NCBI GenBank assembly: GCA_004284765.1 | Contig: NQJD01000006.1 | Location: 74,206-106,205, forward strand | Direction: 5' to 3' | Length of the DNA stretch: 32,000 bases | DNA from: Candidatus Electronema aureum | GTDB taxonomy: Bacteria > Desulfobacterota > Desulfobulbia > Desulfobulbales > Desulfobulbaceae | Shown: piece after piece, positions 26,546-32,000 of the stretch | Numbering within the stretch: the first letter of the stretch is position 1 | How the letters are laid out: each line of letters opens with the position of its first letter | Translations under genes and position numbers: made by a program | Notes under the pieces: model-generated | Told to the model about the DNA's origin: nothing | Databases searched by the model: none | The model's input: only the letters and a program-made list of their open reading frames with translations

Positions 26546-26589
26546 GCGCCGCAGTAGCTCATCCGCAATCTCCATTCAGTAGGTGCAAC

Positions 26590-28200
26590 ATGTCCATCAA
26601 CGTAACAACTCAGCTTCTGTTTACCTACGGTGGACCGCCCTTGATCGGCGCGTTCATCGGTTATTTAACCAACGATGTGGCGATCAGGATGCTCTTTCGG
26701 CCCCTGAAACCGTGGCGCATCTTTGGCATCCGCGTCCCACTTACACCAGGGGTCATCCCCTCGAAACGCCACCAGCTGGCAGAGAACATGGGCGAGATGG
26801 TCGGTGGGCAGTTGCTCACACCGCAGGACATTGGTGAGGCCCTGTCAGCAGAGCGGTTTCAGGAGCATCTGCGCCGCCTGATCGACAGTCAGGTGCAGGA
26901 TATGTTGGGCAAGGATTTCGGCCCACTGCTGAATATAGTACCCAGCCGCTTCCGGGTTCATGCTCGCATTGGTCTGCGCTCGCTCAAACACCGCCTGCGC
27001 CAGAGCGTGCTAGAGTACCTCGGCTCGCCCGGCTTTGCGGCTACCATTGGCAATACCTTGGCTGCTCATGCTGATCAGGCAGGAAACCGTAGTCTCAACG
27101 AGCTAGTGCAGCGCGAAGACCGGCAACGGCTGTATGCTCGGTTGGAGTTATTGACCAAAGACCTGCTGACCGCGCCGCAGGCTGCTGAACGCCTTGGCAG
27201 CTGGCTGGAGCAGGCTATCACCAAAGCGGCAGCAGAAGGTAAAGCCCTGGCCGATTTCTTGCCTGCCGAACTGCTGGCTTTCCTCCGCGCTGCTGCCGCT
27301 GACCGCGCACCACAGGTTTTGGCACAGGCGGCGGTCATCTTGGCAGAACCGCCGATGCGGGAACGGATTACGCAGGCCATCAAAGGCGGGGCTGATCACT
27401 TTATCGATAGTCTCGGCCCGATGGCAGCTATGGCCAAGGGTTTTATTAACATGGACAGCTTGGAGGGGATTATCCGCACTTGGATGACTGACCACGAGGG
27501 TGATCTGGTGGCGTGGCTCCAGCAACCGGAGATGCAGGCACGGACAGCGCAGGCCTTGACCGAGCAGGTAGAGACGTTTCTGACTGCGCCGCTGGCCGAG
27601 CTATTAGCAAAGGTTGGGCCGGATCAGTTACAGCGGCTTTGCCAACAGGCAGCGGCCCAACTGCTCACTGCCCTGAGTGAAGGCCAGCTGCGGCAAACAC
27701 TGTCGGTTGCTCTCCGCGAGCATATCGAGGAACTGCTGGAGCAGGGACAGATTACCCTGACTGAGCTGAGTAAGAAGCTGTTGCCCGCTGCTGGTCGGCA
27801 GAAGCTGCGGCAGGCTGTTGCTGAGGAGCTGCGGGCTTTGGTTGAGGCAGAGCCAGTGCGTCTGCTGGTTGGTAAACTGATCAATTCGCTCATAGATCAA
27901 ATCGCAGCCAAGCCTGCTGGTGTCCTCCGTGACCTGCTGCCTGCTGAGGTGCGCAGCGGCATCATTGATTATCTTGTCCTGAACGCCAACCGTCTGCTGA
28001 TCCGAGAGGTACCCGGCTTGACGGAATCGCTCCGCATCCGCGAGCTGGTGAAGAACAAGGTGGATTCTCTTGACTTGCTCCGCTTAGAACGCCTGCTCCT
28101 CTCGATCATGGAGGAGCAGTTCAAGTACATTAACCTCTTTGGTGCGCTGCTCGGCTTCCTGATTGGACTGATTAATGTGGCGGTGCTGCGGCTGCTGTGA
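26590..28200 (+). CDS. DUF445 family membrane protein
   Basis: I trimmed the start to ATG 26590 (AGGTG 4 nt upstream). The N-terminus PLIGAFIGYLTNDVAIRMLFRP...GVIPSKR and the C-terminus EEQFKYINLFGALLGFLIGLINV are hallmark DUF445 ends. The central region is long, helical and Ala/Leu/Gln-rich. Confidence 0.85.
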   Translation: MSINVTTQLLFTYGGPPLIGAFIGYLTNDVAIRMLFRPLKPWRIFGIRVPLTPGVIPSKRHQLAENMGEMVGGQLLTPQDIGEALSAERFQEHLRRLIDSQVQDMLGKDFGPLLNIVPSRFRVHARIGLRSLKHRLRQSVLEYLGSPGFAATIGNTLAAHADQAGNRSLNELVQREDRQRLYARLELLTKDLLTAPQAAERLGSWLEQAITKAAAEGKALADFLPAELLAFLRAAAADRAPQVLAQAAVILAEPPMRERITQAIKGGADHFIDSLGPMAAMAKGFINMDSLEGIIRTWMTDHEGDLVAWLQQPEMQARTAQALTEQVETFLTAPLAELLAKVGPDQLQRLCQQAAAQLLTALSEGQLRQTLSVALREHIEELLEQGQITLTELSKKLLPAAGRQKLRQAVAEELRALVEAEPVRLLVGKLINSLIDQIAAKPAGVLRDLLPAEVRSGIIDYLVLNANRLLIREVPGLTESLRIRELVKNKVDSLDLLRLERLLLSIMEEQFKYINLFGALLGFLIGLINVAVLRLL

Positions 28201-28297
28201 CTCGCTGCCCATCGTTTAGCTTGGAATCAGCTGCTCTTTTGGGTATGATGAACAATACGCCATAGTCCGCAGAAAATACCACGACACGAGAAGACAA

Positions 28298-29068
28298 ATG
28301 CCCCAAATTATCGCTCTCGCAGGCAAGGGAGGCACTGGCAAGACCACCACTGCCGCCCTGCTGCTTAAATATCTCACCGCCCGCAAGATGACCCCAGCGT
28401 TAGCTGTGGATGCTGATGCTAATGCCAACCTCAATGAGCTGCTTGACATAGATGTTCACGCTACCTTGGGCGCGATCCGCAAAGAGTTGAAGGGAGACAT
28501 TCCGCCCGGCATGACCCGCAATCAGTACATGGAGATGAAGCTCCACCAAGCACTGATTGAGGAGGAGGGCTTTGACCTGATGGTTATGGGGCAGCCCGAC
28601 GGCCCTGGCTGCTATTGCGCCGCGAATCAGTATCTTGCCATGACCATGGACCGGCTGGCGGATAACTACAAGTACATCATCGTTGATAACGAAGCAGGCA
28701 TGGAGCATCTCAGTCGCCTGAATCTGCGCAGAATTGATTATCTGCTCATTGTCTCCGATCCTTCGGCGCGAGGCATTCTCACGGCCCGCCGAATTGCCGA
28801 GCTGACCAAGCCACTTCAGTTGGAGATCAAACATCAATATCTGATCGTCAATCGGGTGCCTGATCCGATTCCGCCTGCTTTGCAGAAAAAAATTAATGCT
28901 GCGGTCGTTGAGGCAGATATGGAGCTGGCAGGTAGTATCCCAGCCAGCAACGAGCTGGTTCAGCAGGAACTCAGCGGCGCATCGTATCTCCAGCTTGCCG
29001 AAGATTCTCAGATTATCCAGCAGGTCTTTGCGATCTTTGACCACATCTTCAGCAGTAAGCAGCCATGA
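28298..29068 (+). CDS. CooC/MinD-superfamily P-loop ATPase (CO-dehydrogenase maturation factor-like)
   Basis: A 256-aa ORF with the deviant Walker A GKGGTGKTT at the N-terminus. A CxC metal-site-like motif GPGCYCAAN and a Walker B-like IIVDNEAG are also present. The stop overlaps the ftsE start (ATGA). Confidence 0.8.
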   Translation: MPQIIALAGKGGTGKTTTAALLLKYLTARKMTPALAVDADANANLNELLDIDVHATLGAIRKELKGDIPPGMTRNQYMEMKLHQALIEEEGFDLMVMGQPDGPGCYCAANQYLAMTMDRLADNYKYIIVDNEAGMEHLSRLNLRRIDYLLIVSDPSARGILTARRIAELTKPLQLEIKHQYLIVNRVPDPIPPALQKKINAAVVEADMELAGSIPASNELVQQELSGASYLQLAEDSQIIQQVFAIFDHIFSSKQP

Positions 29069-29787
29069 GCGGTGAAGAAAAGAAGCTGACCATGATCGAT
29101 CTGGCGCGGGTCAGTAAGACCTTTCCGCCAGATGTTCATGCGCTGGCTGATGTCTCCTTGCGTATTCGCCGAGGCGAGATGATTTTTCTCACCGGTCAGA
29201 GTGGAGCTGGAAAGACTACGCTGCTGCGAATGCTCTGCGGCATTGACTGTCCGGACAAAGGCTACATCGAAATTGCCGGATACGATCTCAGCCGTATCTC
29301 CGGCGGAGAGATGCAGAAGCTGCGTCGTCGAATCGGCGTGGCGTATCAAGACTTCAAGCTCCTGCCCGACAAAACTGTAGCTCAGAACATCGCCTATTCA
29401 ATGGAGGTATCCTACCGAAGCAGGCCGTTTATCCGTAGTCAGACCGAAAAGTTGCTGACTGAGCTACACCTTTTAGACAAACAGGATGCGCTGGCAGGCA
29501 AGCTGTCGAGGGGCGAGCAGCAGCGGGTTTCCATAGCCAGAGCCGTGGCTAACGAGCCGGAATTGATTCTGGCCGATGAACCAACTGGTAACTTAGATGC
29601 AGAAACTGCTCTGTTGGTGACACAGTTGTTCCGCAGCTATAACGAGCAGGGTACCACCTTGCTCATTGCCACTCACGATCAGGCCATTTATGACTTTCCG
29701 GGCAGTAAAGTGATTAAGATTGAAAACGGGCGACTGGCGATTCAGAAACCACCGACCTTGGTCAAAAAAGCGGAGGGTAAAGAATGA
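29065..29787 (+). CDS. ftsE: Cell division ABC transporter ATP-binding protein FtsE
   Basis: Walker [10 protein letters not shown], signature LSRGEQQRV and Walker [13 protein letters not shown]. The size and its pairing with ftsX support the call. An alternative start is at MIDLARV. Confidence 0.93.
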   Translation: MSGEEKKLTMIDLARVSKTFPPDVHALADVSLRIRRGEMIFLTGQSGAGKTTLLRMLCGIDCPDKGYIEIAGYDLSRISGGEMQKLRRRIGVAYQDFKLLPDKTVAQNIAYSMEVSYRSRPFIRSQTEKLLTELHLLDKQDALAGKLSRGEQQRVSIARAVANEPELILADEPTGNLDAETALLVTQLFRSYNEQGTTLLIATHDQAIYDFPGSKVIKIENGRLAIQKPPTLVKKAEGKE

Positions 29788-30671
29788 ACTTTCTGCTGGC
29801 GGTCTTCAGCCAGACGTGGCGCAGCATTGCCGAGACGTGGCGTACTCAGTTGCTCTCCCTGATAACCATCACCCTGTCGGTACTAATCTTCACCTTTTTC
29901 TATCTCGTCTATAGTAACGCTCTGCAAGTTGGCAGTCGCTTGGATAACGACCTCCGCTTGATCGTTTATCTTGATGAGCAGCCGGATGCGAATCTTCAGC
30001 AAGAGTACCAGCACAAGATCGAGAAATTTGACCAAGTTGAACGGATAGAATTTGTTGGCAAGTTAGAAGCGTATGACCGCTTCAAAGGTCAGCTCGACGA
30101 CAGCCAAGACGTACTCAAGGATATTCCCAAGGATTTCCTCCCGCCCTCAATTGAAATCTATCCACGCAGGAACTTAGAAAGCCTTTCGCGAATCAAAGGC
30201 TTTTCTGAGTATTTGGAAACCATGCCTGGTGTGCTGAAAGTGCAGTACGGTCGGGAGTGGGTCGAGCGTTTTTATTCCTTTATCCAGCTGCTGCGAGTGG
30301 TGGTTTTCCTTTCTGGTAGCCTGCTGATCCTCACCACCACCTTCATGATCGGCCACTCGATCCGCCTCACCGTGTTCTCCCGCAAAAAGGAGTTAGAATT
30401 GCTGCGGTTAGTCGGCGCATCGAACAGCTACATCCGCGTGCCTTTCTTTCTTGAAGGCGCGCTCCTCGGCGCACTTGGTTCGACCGCTGGGATCGCTGCA
30501 CTTTATCTGCTCTTCCGTTGGATCAAAACTAACTTTGCTGGTCAGGCCGCGCAAGGCATGTTTTCTTTTAGCTTTTTCAGCACTTCCTCAGTCTGCATGA
30601 TTATTGTTCTTTCTATCCTGCTTTGCGCGGGTGGCAGCTTTGTTTCCATCCGCAAAATACTGAGCGTGTGA
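29784..30671 (+). CDS. ftsX: Cell division ABC transporter permease-like protein FtsX
   Basis: A 295-aa ORF with one TM helix, a periplasmic domain of about 110 aa, then three C-terminal TM helices. The KELELLRLVGAS motif is typical of FtsX. It has an ATGA overlap with ftsE. Confidence 0.9.
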   Translation: MNFLLAVFSQTWRSIAETWRTQLLSLITITLSVLIFTFFYLVYSNALQVGSRLDNDLRLIVYLDEQPDANLQQEYQHKIEKFDQVERIEFVGKLEAYDRFKGQLDDSQDVLKDIPKDFLPPSIEIYPRRNLESLSRIKGFSEYLETMPGVLKVQYGREWVERFYSFIQLLRVVVFLSGSLLILTTTFMIGHSIRLTVFSRKKELELLRLVGASNSYIRVPFFLEGALLGALGSTAGIAALYLLFRWIKTNFAGQAAQGMFSFSFFSTSSVCMIIVLSILLCAGGSFVSIRKILSV

Positions 30672-30673
30672 TC

Positions 30674-31819
30674 ATGAAGGCGAAAAAGCTGGCTGCCGCT
30701 GTTCTTGCAGCCGCCCTGCTCGGTGTTTCTTGGCCCTGTTCTGCTCAAGACGCGGGCAAGGTGCAGATCAAAATCGGCAGACTGCGGGAAGAAATTGCCC
30801 TGCAAGAGGAAAAGCTCCTGAAGAGCAGCGAAGAAGAGATCGCGGTATTAGACGAGTTAGACCAGATCAGCAGCAAAATGGAGCAGCAGCAGGAAAAAAT
30901 CAATGTCCTCCAGAAGCAGCTTGAAACCCAGAAGCAGACCTTAGCCAAGACTCAAACTGTTCTTGATCAGACCGCGCAGGCGCGAGACAAGGCGCTACGC
31001 CACATGCTTAACCGGCTGCGGGCTTTTTATATGATGGGCAGGCTGGGTGCGCTCAACGTCACCTTTTCCAACCGCACCCTGCCTGAGTTGATGCTGATGA
31101 GCGACTCTTTCCGCAGTCTGGCTGGCTACGACCAGACGGTAATAGAGAAATACCGCGAGAGTTTAACCGCTCTGAAGCAGGCCAAGACCGCCTATGAACT
31201 GGAGGAGTCACTGCTGGAAGAATTAGTGCGTCAAGCTGAGGAACAGCAGCAGGCACTCAATCTCCTCCGCTCACAGCGCGAGGAATTGCTGACTCGGATT
31301 AAGACGCAACAGGGTCTCTACCGCTTGGCAGTGCAGGAAATGCGCAAAGCCGAGCAGGATATCCGCCGCAGTTTTTTACAACCTAAAAAAGAGGCTCCCT
31401 ACAGCGGGTTGGGCCTGCTGCCTTTTAAAGGCAAATTGCCCTTTCCGGTAGAGGGTAAGGTGATTCATCGCTTCGGAGAGGTGTTAAAAGAAGGGCTGCG
31501 CAAGGGTGAGACCGTGAGCGGTATCCATATTGAGGTGCAGCCGGAGACCGAAGTCCACGCCGTGCAAAAAGGTCAAGTGATCTCTGCTGGCTACCGGCGC
31601 AGCTACGGTAATGCGGTGATCATTGATCACGGCCAAAAGTGGCTCTCAGTCACGGCCCGCTTGGATACAGTTTTTGTCCACGAAGGCGATATAGTGACGC
31701 AACATCAGAAAATTGGCATGAGCGGCGATCTTGCTACGCTCTACGAGCCAGGGCTGTATTTTGAAATTCGGCAAGGCGGAACCGCCCAAGACCCCCTTCA
31801 ATGGCTCAAAACGAATTGA
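30674..31819 (+). CDS. envC: EnvC-like murein hydrolase activator (coiled coil + degenerate LytM/M23 domain)
   Basis: I trimmed the start to ATG 30674 (MKAKKLAAAVLAAALLGVSWPCSAQ signal peptide). A long Q/E/L-rich coiled coil precedes a C-terminal M23 fold in which the catalytic His residues are replaced (GLYFEIR instead of HLHFEIR). This fits a non-catalytic activator. It lies immediately after ftsEX. Confidence 0.88.
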   Translation: MKAKKLAAAVLAAALLGVSWPCSAQDAGKVQIKIGRLREEIALQEEKLLKSSEEEIAVLDELDQISSKMEQQQEKINVLQKQLETQKQTLAKTQTVLDQTAQARDKALRHMLNRLRAFYMMGRLGALNVTFSNRTLPELMLMSDSFRSLAGYDQTVIEKYRESLTALKQAKTAYELEESLLEELVRQAEEQQQALNLLRSQREELLTRIKTQQGLYRLAVQEMRKAEQDIRRSFLQPKKEAPYSGLGLLPFKGKLPFPVEGKVIHRFGEVLKEGLRKGETVSGIHIEVQPETEVHAVQKGQVISAGYRRSYGNAVIIDHGQKWLSVTARLDTVFVHEGDIVTQHQKIGMSGDLATLYEPGLYFEIRQGGTAQDPLQWLKTN

Positions 31820-32000
31820 TTTGTATTTTTTATTCTTCCGGCAGTCAGTTTTGCAGTATAAGAAAGAAAGAGGACCTAATGTGCAACTCTTTTAAACTTG
31901 ATTAGGCAGCAATCAAGCCATCCAAGTCAAGTGGAGGGCGGTTATAGACCAAATTAAGGAAGACACAAACAGTGTGCGCCAAAATTTTACGAATCAGACG

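Noticed and set aside
26312-26575. An 87-aa minus-strand ORF (MEIADELLRRSVKPCGEIFNKIVRAW...), plus 79-aa and 81-aa ORFs in the spacer.
   Set aside because: There is no SD and no recognisable domain. The ORFs overlap each other in a low-GC noncoding-looking region. I considered a degraded transposase or maturase fragment, but no diagnostic motif is present.
26139-26589. A molybdenum-cofactor (Moco) riboswitch upstream of moeA.
   Set aside because: The location is right and a CCUCC/SD pairing exists. However, I could not find the conserved core I remember (a GGAAAGG-type segment close to the SD and the associated junction sequences) on the moeA strand. I am not calling it without an Infernal scan.
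31972-32000. A possible start of the next gene (GTG 31972 preceded by AAGGAAG).
   Set aside because: Only 9 codons are visible before the window ends, so it cannot be supported.

Overview
This is a gene-dense 32-kb chromosomal window. Its gene content (FtsZ type, futalosine-pathway mqnB, type-B dihaem cytochrome b, CooC-type ATPase) suggests a Desulfobacterota / Desulfobulbales-like deltaproteobacterium, but that is inference I cannot verify here. Most genes are housekeeping. In order they are: the end of the dcw cluster (ftsA tail, ftsZ), a B12-like/radical-SAM protein, an endonuclease-III-like glycosylase, ATP-dependent pfk, rpe, a small membrane protein, an orphan dihaem cytochrome b, bioA, a PilZ protein, queA, a secreted tandem-domain protein, mqnB, a LysM lytic transglycosylase (MltD-like), an unusually long class A PBP, pgi, mutM, moeA, a DUF445 membrane protein, and a CooC-type ATPase translationally coupled to ftsE-ftsX-envC. 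I recognised no rRNA, tRNA, CRISPR array, transposase or integrase. The stand-out accessory element lies at 19.7-23.9 kb on the minus strand. It is a 1236-aa STAND protein (CHAT caspase-like protease, then NB-ARC P-loop NTPase, then a TPR array) preceded by a 141-aa protein with a C-terminal transmembrane hairpin. A 14-bp tandem direct repeat sits in the 129-bp gap between them, and GC-rich hairpins lie at the 3' flank. I read this pair as a candidate uncharacterised protease-triggered conflict/defence module; it resembles the gasdermin-protease and Craspase-Csx30 logic but has a different partner. Secondary observations include a GC-rich block (about 17.9-26.1 kb) that contains this module and three housekeeping genes, a 450-bp structured spacer with a Cys-rich micro-ORF or anti-SD element next to moeA, a roughly 280-aa insertion in the PBP transpeptidase domain, and a candidate promoter-to-terminator mini-transcript upstream of rpe. 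Several ORF-track starts were trimmed to internal ATGs that have Shine-Dalgarno support.
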